24,000 bases of DNA, from assembly GCF_900113015.1 (NCBI RefSeq), contig NZ_FONV01000011.1, forward strand, positions 374,034 through 398,033, read 5' to 3'. The notes below the pieces were generated by a model. It was not told the origin of the DNA and searched no databases. It saw only the letters and a list, made by a program, of their open reading frames with translations. Numbering within the stretch: the first letter of the stretch is position 1; the number at the start of each line of letters is the position of its first letter. This DNA comes from Actinoplanes philippinensis (GTDB lineage Bacteria; Actinomycetota; Actinomycetes; Mycobacteriales; Micromonosporaceae). Positions 1 through 7,983 of the stretch are shown piece by piece. The position numbers and the translations under genes were made by a program.

Positions 1-323
1 ACGACCCGGCAGAGGGGGCCGACGACCCGGCGATGGTCGCCGACGAGTCAGCCGACGGCACCGGCCCGGCAGAGGGCGCCGACGAGCCGGCAGGGGACAC
101 CGGCGATCCGGCGGCGGGCGATCCAGCGGACGGCGCTGCAGCAGCGGGCGATCCGGCAGGAGGCGCCGACGATTCAGCGGCGGTTGCCGTGGGTTCGGCG
201 GCGGGGGTGACGGCGGGTTCCACGAACCCCATTGTTAACCACGTCGCTGAAACGGGACTCAGCCCGTCCTCGGATGCCAGGATCGGAGGCATCACTGCCC
301 CGCAACGTCGCGAGGAGGCCGCC

Positions 324-1349
324 GTGCCCGCCCGAGTCCCCCAGGATCTCGACCGCAACATCGCCCTCGACCTCGTCCGCGTGACCGAGGCCGCCGCCAT
401 GGCGGCCGGTCGCTGGGTCGGCCGAGGTGACAAGAACGGCGGTGACGGCGCCGCCGTCGACGCCATGCGCAAACTCATCAACTCGATCCAGATGCGCGGC
501 GTCGTCGTCATCGGCGAGGGTGAGAAGGATGAAGCGCCGATGCTCTTCAACGGGGAGCAGGTCGGTGACGGCACCGGGCCGGAGGTGGACGTCGCGGTCG
601 ACCCGATCGACGGCACCACCCTGATGAGCAAGGGCATGCCCGGTTCGATCGCGGTGCTCGCGGTCGCCGAGCGGGGCGCCATGTTCGACCCGAGCGCGGT
701 CTTCTACATGGACAAGATCGCCGTCGGGCCGGACTGCGCCGACGTGGTCGACATCGACGCCGGGGTGACGGAGAATCTGCGGCGCATCGCCAAGGCCAAG
801 CGGTCCAGCGTCTCCGACGTCACGGTGTGCATCCTGGACCGTCCGCGTCACGCGAAGCTGGTCGAGGAGGTGCGACAGGCCGGCGCCAACATCAAGTTCA
901 TCTCGGACGGTGACATCGCCGGAGCCATCTCGGCGGCCCGGCTCGAGTCCGACGTCGATGTGCTGATGGGCATCGGCGGCACCCCCGAGGGGATCACCGC
1001 GGCGTGTGCCCTGAAATGTCTGGGCGGCACGATCCAGGCGAAACTGTGGCCGCTCGACGACGCCGAGCGGGAGAAGGCGATCGCCGCCGGTCACGACCTC
1101 GACCGGGTCCTCTCCACCGACGATCTGGTCACCGGCGACAACTGCTTCTTCGTCGCCACCGGCGTGACCAGCGGCGACCTCCTCAAGGGGGTGCGCTACC
1201 GCTCGGGCGGCGCGCACACCCAGTCGATCGTGATGCGGTCCAAGAGCGGCACGATCCGGGTCATCGACTCGTACCACCGGCTGGAGAAGCTGGCCCTCTA
1301 CTCGGCCGTGGACTTCGACGGGCACCTGCCGACAGTTCCGCTGTCCTGA
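324..1349 (+). CDS. glpX: Class II fructose-1,6-bisphosphatase (GlpX)
   Basis: Part of ORF 33..1349. Sequence from [40 protein letters not shown] through [18 protein letters not shown] and GIGGTPEG matches the GlpX family along its whole length. GTG at 324 is preceded by GAGGAGG (312-318) and gives a ~341-aa product of normal GlpX size. The frame stays open upstream to the window edge, so a longer N-terminus (ATG 33) is not excluded. Confidence 0.9.
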   Translation: MPARVPQDLDRNIALDLVRVTEAAAMAAGRWVGRGDKNGGDGAAVDAMRKLINSIQMRGVVVIGEGEKDEAPMLFNGEQVGDGTGPEVDVAVDPIDGTTLMSKGMPGSIAVLAVAERGAMFDPSAVFYMDKIAVGPDCADVVDIDAGVTENLRRIAKAKRSSVSDVTVCILDRPRHAKLVEEVRQAGANIKFISDGDIAGAISAARLESDVDVLMGIGGTPEGITAACALKCLGGTIQAKLWPLDDAEREKAIAAGHDLDRVLSTDDLVTGDNCFFVATGVTSGDLLKGVRYRSGGAHTQSIVMRSKSGTIRVIDSYHRLEKLALYSAVDFDGHLPTVPLS

Positions 1350-1743
1350 CCATTTCCGGTCAAAACCTCTTGGGGGTACGGCCAGTTCGTCCCGCAGAAC
1401 GTGGGCCGTCCCCCGGCTCCCCCGCGACGCGGGACGCCGGTCCGGACCGCAGCGCGCCCGCCGGGCTGATGCGGCCGGACGGCGGCCTGTGGCGTTGATC
1501 ACGCCACGAGCCGGCGCACCTAAACACGGCCGACGCGGCGCGAACCCGAGCGGCGCGGCGCGAACCCGAGCGGCGCGGCGCGAACCCGAGCGGCGGGGCG
1601 GGCGGCAGCCAGGGGACGCGCCGCCCGGCGACCATCGCATCCGCCCGGCGGGCGCGCTGCGACCGGGAGCGCCGCCCGCGTCGCGGGGGAGGCAGGGGAC
1701 GGCCCAGGTTCTGCGGGGCGGGCCGGACCGTACCCCGGAATGG
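1350..1743. repeat. Imperfect ~390-bp palindromic intergenic element (copy E1): ~125-nt inverted arms around a central tandem-repeat core
   Basis: The left arm (1350-1487) is largely the reverse complement of the right arm (1612-1743). For example, CCCGCAGAACGTGGGCCGTCCCCCGGCTCCCCCGCGACGCGGG pairs with CCCGCGTCGCGGGGGAGGCAGGGGACGGCCCAGGTTCTGCGGGG, and the ends CCATTTCCGG / CCGGAATGG match. The element fills the whole gap between the glpX stop (1349) and the rhomboid stop (1745). Confidence 0.8.
1535..1600. repeat. Tandem repeat, 20-bp unit CGAACCCGAGCGGCGCGGCG x3 plus a partial leading copy
   Basis: Units at 1541-1560 and 1561-1580 are identical. Unit 1581-1600 has one mismatch. The repeat lies at the centre of element E1. 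Confidence 0.85.
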
Positions 1744-1744
1744 T

Positions 1745-2362
1745 CTAACGCCGCCGGAAGACGACCGCCGCGACCACCCCGCCGAGCAGCCCGAGCAGAT
1801 GACCTTGCCAGGAGATGCGCTGGTCGGTGGGGAGGACGTTGAAGAGCTGGTACCAGTAGAGCAGGCCGATGAACGCGGCGACCGCGAAGTGCCACCAGCT
1901 GCGCTCGACCACGCCGCGGGCCAGCAGCAGGCCGAGGTAGCCGAAGATGACACCGCTGGCGCCGACGACGACGGTGCCGGGATCGCCGATGAACCAGACG
2001 CCGACGCCGGCCACCGCCATGATCAGCACGGTCGACCAGATGAACCGGCGCGCGCCGCCGGCCAGGACGAACGTGCCGAGCAGGATGAGCGGGACCGCGT
2101 TGCCGTAGAGATGCTCCCAGCCGTCGTGCAGGAACGGGCTGAACAGGATGCCGTCGATGCCCTCCACCGAGCGGGGGATGATGCCGCCGGCCAGGTCGAG
2201 GGTGCCCGGGCCGAGCCCGATGTCGATCACCTCGATCAGGAACAGGGCCGGGATCACGGCGCACATCGTCACGAAGGCGCGCCCCAGCGACGCGTAGAAG
2301 GCCTCGGTGCCGAACCGTCCGGCCTCGTCGGAGCGTGCGGCCGTCGCCCATTCGTAACCCAT
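1745..2362 (-). CDS. Rhomboid family intramembrane serine protease
   Basis: C-terminal part of ORF 1745..2530. It is multi-TM, with the catalytic Ser motif GASGVIFG and the His motif WQGHLLGLLGG. ATG at 2362 (MGYEWATAAR...) is chosen as start because the upstream ORF extension is Arg-rich, atypical and overlaps the neighbouring gene. The start is uncertain. Confidence 0.85.
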   Translation of the reverse strand: MGYEWATAARSDEAGRFGTEAFYASLGRAFVTMCAVIPALFLIEVIDIGLGPGTLDLAGGIIPRSVEGIDGILFSPFLHDGWEHLYGNAVPLILLGTFVLAGGARRFIWSTVLIMAVAGVGVWFIGDPGTVVVGASGVIFGYLGLLLARGVVERSWWHFAVAAFIGLLYWYQLFNVLPTDQRISWQGHLLGLLGGVVAAVVFRRR

Positions 2363-2406
2363 GTCGTCGATGGTGGCAGGGCGCGGCGAGCACGGCCACC
2401 CGGGCA

Positions 2407-3183
2407 TCAGCTCAGACGGCGCACGGCGGCCTCGATGTCGGCCCGGAATGTTGCGATCTGCGTGTAGACGCCGAAGTAGCCGTCGCGGGCGCAGCCGAGT
2501 CCCCAGCTCACGATGCCGACCTGCACCCATCGGCCGAGGCGGTCGCGGCGGACCATCGGGCCGCCGGAGTCGCCCTGGCAGGTGTCGACGCCGCGGCGGC
2601 CCGCGCAGATCGACTCGTCACGGACCAGTTCCACGCCGGCCTTGCGGTAGGCGTCCGCGCACTCCTTGTCCGGAATCGTGGGCACTGTCGCGTAGTGCAG
2701 CTGCCGGGCCTGTTCCAGCGACGTCTCGGTGGTCTGCCCCCAGCCCATCACCGTGAACCGGCCGGCGGTGACGTCGTCGGGGGTCAGCGGCAGGGTCGGC
2801 AGGGGCAGTTCACGGTCGAGGCGGACGACCGCCCAGTCGTCGCCGCTGGTCTCGGTGACGAAGTCCGGGGAGCGGTAGACCTCGGCCGACTTGACGATGA
2901 TCGCGGTACGGGAGTCCAGGTCGCTGGCGCCGGCGGTCACCAGGATCCGCTCGTTGGGGCCGGTCGGGCCGACGCAGTGCCCGGCGGTGAGGACGACCCG
3001 GGGCGCGGTCAGCGCGCCGCCGCAGCCCATCGAGAGGCGGACCGCCCAGGGGAACCGCCCATCCCCGGCGATCTTGCCGCCGACGACGGTGCGCCCCGGT
3101 GGCCGGCCCGCATCCGCCCCGGCCGGCACCTCAGCGCCCGCCAGGACACACGCCAGGAGGCAAATCGCCGCTTTCCGGAGCAT
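2407..3183 (-). CDS. Secreted trypsin-like serine protease (peptidase S1 family)
   Basis: 258-aa ORF with an N-terminal signal peptide (MLRKAAICLLACVLAGA) and the mature-start motif VVGG. The catalytic triad is His in LTAGHC, Asp in DDWAVVRL and Ser in CQGDSGGP. Confidence 0.9.
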   Translation of the reverse strand: MLRKAAICLLACVLAGAEVPAGADAGRPPGRTVVGGKIAGDGRFPWAVRLSMGCGGALTAPRVVLTAGHCVGPTGPNERILVTAGASDLDSRTAIIVKSAEVYRSPDFVTETSGDDWAVVRLDRELPLPTLPLTPDDVTAGRFTVMGWGQTTETSLEQARQLHYATVPTIPDKECADAYRKAGVELVRDESICAGRRGVDTCQGDSGGPMVRRDRLGRWVQVGIVSWGLGCARDGYFGVYTQIATFRADIEAAVRRLS

Positions 3184-3203
3184 GTGGACATTTGATCACA
3201 GCA

Positions 3204-3239
3204 CGACGGGGCCACGCGGAAAGCCGCGCAGCCCCGTCG
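3204..3239 (-). terminator. Stem-loop downstream of the transglycosylase-like gene (putative intrinsic terminator)
   Basis: CGACGGGGC (3204-3212) pairs with GCCCCGTCG (3231-3239). An inner stem CGCGG/CCGCG closes on an AAAG loop. The structure starts 10 nt after the stop codon at 3249. There is no strong U-tract. Confidence 0.4.
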
Positions 3240-3248
3240 CGAGGTTCG

Positions 3249-3938
3249 TCAGTACCAGCCCACGTTCTGCGAGTGGCTCCACGCGCTGCACGGGCTGCCG
3301 TAGCGGCCCTTGATGTAGCCGAGACCCCACTTGATCTGCGTGGCCGGGTTTGTCTTCCAGTCCGAGCCCTCCGACGCCATCTTGTCGCCGGGCAGCGCCT
3401 GCGGGATCCCGTACGCCCCGGAGCCGCTGTTGAGGGCCTTGTAGTTCCAGCCACTCTCCTTTTTCCACAGCTTGTCCAGGCACGGGAACTGGTCGATCTT
3501 GAAGCCGTCCTCGAGCATGAGCGCGCACCCGGTCTTGCGGCTGCCGCTGTACTCGTTGCAGGAGGCGGGGATCGGGCCGGTGTAGCCGACCGGACCGGCG
3601 GCCTCCTCGGCCTTCTTGGCCTTCTCGGCCTCCTTGGCCTCGATGACCTCTTTCTCCAGCTTGCGCGCCTTGGAGGCGGCGGACTGAACCTCGGTGGCGG
3701 CCTTGGCGGCGGCGGCCTCCTCGGCGACCACGCGGTGCGCACGGGCGGCGGCGTGGTCGGCCTGGCGCGCCTTCAGCAGCCGCATCTCGTCCTCGTTGGC
3801 CTGCAGGACGAGCTGCGCCTGCGCGCTCTGCTGCTGGACGTCCCGGTTCTGGCCCAGGTACACACCACCGGTGAGACCCAGAACGAGAAGACCGACCGAG
3901 GCCGCACGGACACCCATCCGGCTCCAGAGCCGCTTCAC
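3249..3938 (-). CDS. Membrane-anchored/secreted coiled-coil protein with C-terminal transglycosylase-like (SLT / aggregation-promoting-factor C-terminal-like) domain
   Basis: ORF 3249..3962. It has an N-terminal hydrophobic anchor (GVRAASVGLLVLGLTGGVYLG) and an Ala/Glu/Lys-rich coiled coil. The C-terminus (WKKESGWNYKALNSGSGAYGIPQALPG...WGLGYIKGRYGSPCSAWSHSQNVGWY) is typical of actinobacterial muralytic-like proteins. GTG 3938 is preceded by GAAGGGA. TTG 3962 and ATG 3917 are alternative starts. Confidence 0.8.
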   Translation of the reverse strand: MKRLWSRMGVRAASVGLLVLGLTGGVYLGQNRDVQQQSAQAQLVLQANEDEMRLLKARQADHAAARAHRVVAEEAAAAKAATEVQSAASKARKLEKEVIEAKEAEKAKKAEEAAGPVGYTGPIPASCNEYSGSRKTGCALMLEDGFKIDQFPCLDKLWKKESGWNYKALNSGSGAYGIPQALPGDKMASEGSDWKTNPATQIKWGLGYIKGRYGSPCSAWSHSQNVGWY

Positions 3939-4049
3939 GAAGAATCCCTTCGTCGGGGGCAAGGAAGCGGCGCGTCATCGCCCCGGCCGGGGCGGACCGC
4001 GCCGCATGTTGCTCGCCGAACACCATGGCGCAACGTGAAGTGGATGTGA

Positions 4050-4125
4050 AACGCCAGCGTGGCTATGTGACTTTAGTCACTCGACTTACCGGGTGAATCC
4101 GGTACGAAACAGCCACGCCGGCGTT
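4050..4125 (-). other. Branched (three-way) stem-loop structure immediately downstream of phoH2; possible terminator or structured RNA
   Basis: The outer stem pairs 4050-4064 with 4111-4125 (15 bp, one mismatch). It encloses hairpin GTGACT-TT-AGTCAC (4067-4080) and hairpin TACCGG-GTGAAT-CCGGTA (4087-4104). The structure starts 12 nt after the phoH2 stop (4137-4139). Confidence 0.4.
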
Positions 4126-4136
4126 CTCACGATCGT

Positions 4137-5597
4137 CTACAGCGGGATTTCCTCCAGGAGGTCGGTCACCACCTCTGCAATCGGCGAACGCTCCGACCGG
4201 GTGAGGGTTACGTGCGCGAAAATCGGATGACCCTTCAGCGCCTCGATCACCGCGGTGACGCCGTCATGCCGGCCGACCCGCAGGTTGTCGCGCTGGGCGA
4301 CGTCATGGGTCAGCACGACCCGCGAGTTCTGCCCGATCCGGGACAGCACGGTGAGCAGCACGTTGCGCTCCAGCGACTGCGCCTCGTCGACGATCACGAA
4401 GGCGTCGTGCAGGCTCCGGCCGCGGATGTGGGTCAGCGGCAGCACCTCGAGCATGCCGCGGGCCAGCACCTCCTCGACCACGTTGGCGTGCACCACCGCG
4501 CCGAGGGTGTCGAAGACCGCCTGCGCCCAGGGCGACATCTTCTCCGACTCGCTGCCCGGCAGATAGCCCAGCTCCTGGCCGCCGACGGCGTAGAGCGGGC
4601 GGAACACCACCACCTTCTTGTGGCGGTTGCGCTCCATCGTCGCCTCCAGGCCCGCGCAGAGCGCCAGCGCCGACTTGCCGGTGCCGGCCCGGCCGCCCAG
4701 CGACACGATGCCGATCTGCTCGTCCAGCAGGATGTCCAGCGCCACCCGCTGCTCGGCCGAACGGCCCCGCAGCCCGAACGCGTCCCGGTCACCGCGGACC
4801 AGCTTGATCGACTTGTCCGGGTTGACCCGGGCCAGCGCCGAGCCACGCGGCGAATGGATCACCAGGCCGGTGTGGCAGGGCAGGTTGTCCGCCTCCTCCA
4901 CCTCCAGCTCCTCGCCGGAGTAGAGCGAGACCACCTGCTCCTCGGTCAGCTCCAGATCGGCCATGCCGGTCCAGGTCGGGTCGCTGGCCTGGCCGTGCCG
5001 GTACTCGTCGGCGGTGATGCCCACCGACGCCGCCTTCACCCGCAGCGGCATGTCCTTGCTGACCAGCGTCACCTCACGGCCCTCGGCGGCCAGGCCCAGC
5101 GCCACCGAGAGGATGCGGGTGTCGTTCGAGTCGTTGCGGAACCCCTGCGGGAGCACGCTCTGATCAGCGTGGTTCAGCTCGACCCGCAGCGTGCCGCCCT
5201 CGTCGTTGCAGAGCACCGGCTGGTCCAGGCGGCCGAACTTGATCCGCAGCTCGTCCAGCATCCGCAGCGACTGCCGGGCGAACCAGCCCAGCTCGGGGTG
5301 GTGACGTTTGCCCTCCAGCTCGGAGATGACCACGAGAGGCACGACCACCTCGTGGTCGGTGAACCGGCGGAAAGCCGCCGGGTCGGACAGCAGGACCGAA
5401 GTGTCCAGGACGAAGACCCTGCCGGCAGTGGCGGGTTCCGCGTCGGCGTGCCTGTCCCGGGTCCTACGGCGACCCGATGTGGCACTGCTGCTGGAGACTT
5501 TGTCGGCCGGGTTCTGGTCGACCCCGGCATCGGTACGGCGAGATGTCACAGGCCTGCTCCAGCGGGCGTGCAACCCGGTCCGCCCGCGGTCCGCCAC
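4137..5597 (-). CDS. phoH2: PhoH-like ATPase with N-terminal PIN domain (PhoH2 / YlaK type)
   Basis: 486-aa ORF. PIN-like region: [13 protein letters not shown]...[13 protein letters not shown]. PhoH P-loop: [12 protein letters not shown]. Walker B-like motif: FVIVDEAQ. The N-terminal ~60 aa are basic and disordered, so the true start may be internal. Confidence 0.9.
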   Translation of the reverse strand: MADRGRTGLHARWSRPVTSRRTDAGVDQNPADKVSSSSATSGRRRTRDRHADAEPATAGRVFVLDTSVLLSDPAAFRRFTDHEVVVPLVVISELEGKRHHPELGWFARQSLRMLDELRIKFGRLDQPVLCNDEGGTLRVELNHADQSVLPQGFRNDSNDTRILSVALGLAAEGREVTLVSKDMPLRVKAASVGITADEYRHGQASDPTWTGMADLELTEEQVVSLYSGEELEVEEADNLPCHTGLVIHSPRGSALARVNPDKSIKLVRGDRDAFGLRGRSAEQRVALDILLDEQIGIVSLGGRAGTGKSALALCAGLEATMERNRHKKVVVFRPLYAVGGQELGYLPGSESEKMSPWAQAVFDTLGAVVHANVVEEVLARGMLEVLPLTHIRGRSLHDAFVIVDEAQSLERNVLLTVLSRIGQNSRVVLTHDVAQRDNLRVGRHDGVTAVIEALKGHPIFAHVTLTRSERSPIAEVVTDLLEEIPL

Positions 5598-5826
5598 CTA
5601 CCGGTCGCCGGCCCTCTGCACGGGGTCGGATTGCGGTCCCCGTGGCGCAGTCGTCGCAGGTCCGGGCCGACCGGCTGGCCCGGGACGACCCCGTGCCATG
5701 ACTCAAACGCTAGCGGTCAACTACGTCCCGCGGTAGTGCGCAAAATCGGGCACCGGAGGGTGACGCTCGCCTCCCGCCCGAATCGCCGGGCATAAAAGAC
5801 GACCTGCCGCGGGTAATCTGACTCCC

Positions 5827-6633
5827 GTGGCAGAGACTGCGCGTCCGATACACCCGCTGACCACCGACGAGGCGTGGGCGTTCACCGCTTCACGCGCCTC
5901 CGCGACCACGTTCTTCTTCGACTTCGACGGTGTCCTCTCCCCGGTCACCGACGACCCCGACGCCTCCCAGCCGGTGCCCGAGGTGCTCGGCGTCCTCGAT
6001 CGTCTGGCCGACTCGGTCGCCCGAGTGGCGATCGTCTCCGCCCGGCCGGTCAGTTTCCTGCGCTCCCGCTTCGAGTCCCTCGACAACGTCGACCTGCACG
6101 GCCTCTACGGCCTCGAGGTGTGGCACGACGGCCAGGTCGTCACCGAGTCCGCCGCCCTCGAGTTCGTGCCCGCCATGACCGAGCTGGCCGAGCAGGCCCG
6201 CACCGAGCTGCCCGCCGAGATCCTCGTGGAGTACAAGAGGTTGTCGGTCGCCCTGCACTACCGCACCGCCCCCGACCAGAGCCGCGCCGTCGAGCGCTGG
6301 GCCCACGAGCAGGCCGAGCGTCTCGGGCTGCGCATCCAGCACGGCCGCATGGTGGTCGAGCTGAAGCCACCCGTCGACCAGGACAAGGGCATGGTCATCA
6401 CCGAGGGCGTCCGCAACGCCGGCTGCGCCTGGTATTTCGGTGACGACATGTCCGACATCAAGGCGTTCGACGCGCTGCGCGCCCGCGAGGCCGTCGACCC
6501 GGCGTTCTTCGGCATGGCCGTCGCCGTCGCCAACCCCGAGACCGGCGCCGAGGTCTCCAGCGCCGCCGACCTCACCCTCGAATCCCCCGACGCGGTGGCT
6601 GCCTTCCTCACCGAGGGCCTGCGCCGCTTCTGA
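5827..6633 (+). CDS. otsB: Trehalose-phosphatase (HAD superfamily)
   Basis: 268-aa ORF with a GTG start. HAD motif I is FFFDFDGVLSP and motif IV is YFGDDMSDIKAF. Overall length and spacing fit the OtsB family. Confidence 0.85.
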   Translation: MAETARPIHPLTTDEAWAFTASRASATTFFFDFDGVLSPVTDDPDASQPVPEVLGVLDRLADSVARVAIVSARPVSFLRSRFESLDNVDLHGLYGLEVWHDGQVVTESAALEFVPAMTELAEQARTELPAEILVEYKRLSVALHYRTAPDQSRAVERWAHEQAERLGLRIQHGRMVVELKPPVDQDKGMVITEGVRNAGCAWYFGDDMSDIKAFDALRAREAVDPAFFGMAVAVANPETGAEVSSAADLTLESPDAVAAFLTEGLRRF

Positions 6634-6640
6634 CCCCTTT

Positions 6641-7040
6641 GTGCGGTACGGGTCAGGTCGCCTCCGGAGACGTGGGTCGCCCCGCGGTGGCCCACGCGAG
6701 GTCCGCGGTGGGTCACGGCCGCGGCGCGCCCGCCGGGCTGAATGCGGTGGTCCCGCTCACCCTGGCACCCCGCTGATCGCGACAGGCCCCTCCACCCGAG
6801 CCCGGCCGCCGGACGGAGTGCCAACGGTCCTGGCCGAAGGGCGAGCCGGCCCCGGCCGCCGAACGGAATGCAACTGTCCCGGCCGCCTGACGGGACGCGA
6901 CGGCCCGGCTCACCTGTCCAGCCGGCTGAACGCGACGATCGCGCGGCTCAGCACCGGCCCGAACGGCCGGGGCGGCGTCGGGTGGCACGGGGAGTCGCGG
7001 GACGGCGTGGTGCGGTTGGGGAGTGGTGGCCGTACCACAT
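6641..7040. repeat. Second, more degenerate copy (E2) of the palindromic intergenic element family
   Basis: The left end GTGCGGTACGG...GAGACGTGGGTCGCCCCGCGG...GCGCGCCCGCCGGGCTGAATGCGG (6724-6747) parallels the E1 left arm, including GCGCGCCCGCCGGGCTGATGCGG at 1452-1474. The right end GGGACGGCGTGGTGCGG...GGCCGTACCAC (to 7038) parallels the E1 right arm and is inverted relative to the left end. The element fills the gap between convergent otsB (stop 6633) and the prenyltransferase gene (stop 7055). Confidence 0.65.
6801..6885. repeat. Direct duplication, period 50 bp, inside element E2
   Basis: CCCGGCCGCCGGACGGAGTGCCAACGGTCCTGGCCG (6801-6836) compared with CCCGGCCGCCGAACGGAATGCAACTGTCCCGGCCG (6851-6885). 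Weaker related units start near 6729 and 6919. Confidence 0.7.
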
Positions 7041-7054
7041 CCGCGGTTGGGTTT

Positions 7055-7825
7055 TCAGGCGCCGTAGCGGCGTTGGCGTGACGCGTAGGAGCGCAGCGCC
7101 CGCAGGAAGTCGATGCGGCGGAAGTCGGGCCAGTTGGCGTCGTGGAAGTAGAACTCGGAGTGGGCCGACTGCCACAGCAGGAACCCGGACAGGCGCTGCT
7201 CGCCGCTGGTGCGGATGACCAGGTCGGGGTCGGGCTGGCCGCGGGTGTAGAGGTGTTCGGCGATGTGTTCGACATCCAGGGTCTCGGCCAGCTCCTCGAT
7301 GGTGCCGCCGGTGGCGGCGTGCTCGTAGAGCAGGGAGCGGACCGCGTCGGTGATCTCGCGGCGGCCGCCGTAGCCGACGGCCATGTTGACCTCGACGCCG
7401 TCGCAGCGGTCGCGGGTCTTCTCCTGGGCGGCCTTCAGCGTGGCGGCCGTCGCGGCGGGCAGCAGGTCGAGGGCGCCGACCATCCGGAGCCGCCAGGGGT
7501 TGCCCTCCTCGGCGAGCTCGGTCGCCAGATCCTCGATGATCTTGACGAGGGGGTCGAGCTCGGCGGCCGGGCGGCGCAGGTTGTCGGTGGCCAGCAGGTA
7601 GAGCGTGACGTGCTCGATGCCGGACTGGTCGCACCAGGACAGCAGGTCCTTGACGCGGGTGGCGCCGACGCGGTGGCCGTCGTTGGGGTCGACGAAGCCC
7701 ATCTCCCGGGCCCACCGCCGGTTGCCGTCGCACATCACGCCGATGTGCTGGGGCACGGGCTTGCCGGCCAGCTTCCCCGCCAGCCGCCGCTCGTAAAAGG
7801 TGTAGACCAGAGAACGCAGACTCAT
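7055..7825 (-). CDS. uppS: Isoprenyl transferase, cis-prenyltransferase (UppS) family; closest by recall to the Rv1086-type short-chain (2Z,6E)-farnesyl diphosphate synthase
   Basis: C-terminal 256 aa of ORF 7055..8278, starting at ATG 7825 (MSLRSLVYTFYERRL). Hallmark motifs are HIGVMCDGNRRWA, VGYGGRREI and DLVIRTSGEQRLSGFLLWQSAHSEFYF. The upstream ORF extension overlaps pckG and is Arg/Pro-rich. Confidence 0.9.
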   Translation of the reverse strand: MSLRSLVYTFYERRLAGKLAGKPVPQHIGVMCDGNRRWAREMGFVDPNDGHRVGATRVKDLLSWCDQSGIEHVTLYLLATDNLRRPAAELDPLVKIIEDLATELAEEGNPWRLRMVGALDLLPAATAATLKAAQEKTRDRCDGVEVNMAVGYGGRREITDAVRSLLYEHAATGGTIEELAETLDVEHIAEHLYTRGQPDPDLVIRTSGEQRLSGFLLWQSAHSEFYFHDANWPDFRRIDFLRALRSYASRQRRYGA

Positions 7826-7931
7826 CACCCCAAAGCGTAGCCACCCCCGCCGAAGGCTCAAGCGGGGCGGCCCGGCATGGGGCCATCTGCGAGGAGGATG
7901 CGCCCGATCGTGCGACCGTGCGCATCCGCCG

Positions 7932-7981
7932 ACCGGCCGGTCCCGCCCGCGGCGCCGTTGCCGTGAGCGGGACCGGCCGGT
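7932..7981 (-). terminator. Putative pckG intrinsic terminator hairpin
   Basis: Perfect 15-bp inverted repeat ACCGGCCGGTCCCGC (7932-7946) / GCGGGACCGGCCGGT (7967-7981) with a 20-nt loop. It begins 3 nt after the pckG stop codon (7984-7986). Confidence 0.6.
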
Positions 7982-7983
7982 TG

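Noticed and set aside
1535-1600. Possible CRISPR-like array (three identical 20-bp units)
   Set aside because: The units are directly abutting with no spacers. There are only three copies and no cas genes. It is a simple tandem repeat inside a palindromic element.
174-2399. 741-aa minus-strand ORF spanning glpX, the intergenic element and the rhomboid gene. Similar very long ORFs occur at 7918..9825 (+), 14282..16489 (-), 12334..14070 (+), 4212..5795 (+) and 3099..4049 (+).
   Set aside because: They lie antisense or out of frame to genes with clear family motifs. Their translations are Arg/Pro/Gly/His-rich nonsense. Stop-poor shadow frames are expected in ~70% GC DNA.
4087-4104. GGGTGAATCC, reminiscent of the conserved core of the ydaO (c-di-AMP) riboswitch that often precedes actinobacterial cell-wall hydrolase genes
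   Set aside because: The motif is on the plus strand, whereas the candidate regulated gene (3249..3938) is on the minus strand. The other conserved ydaO segments (for example the ACCCG...CAGCTAACC-type blocks) are absent on either strand.
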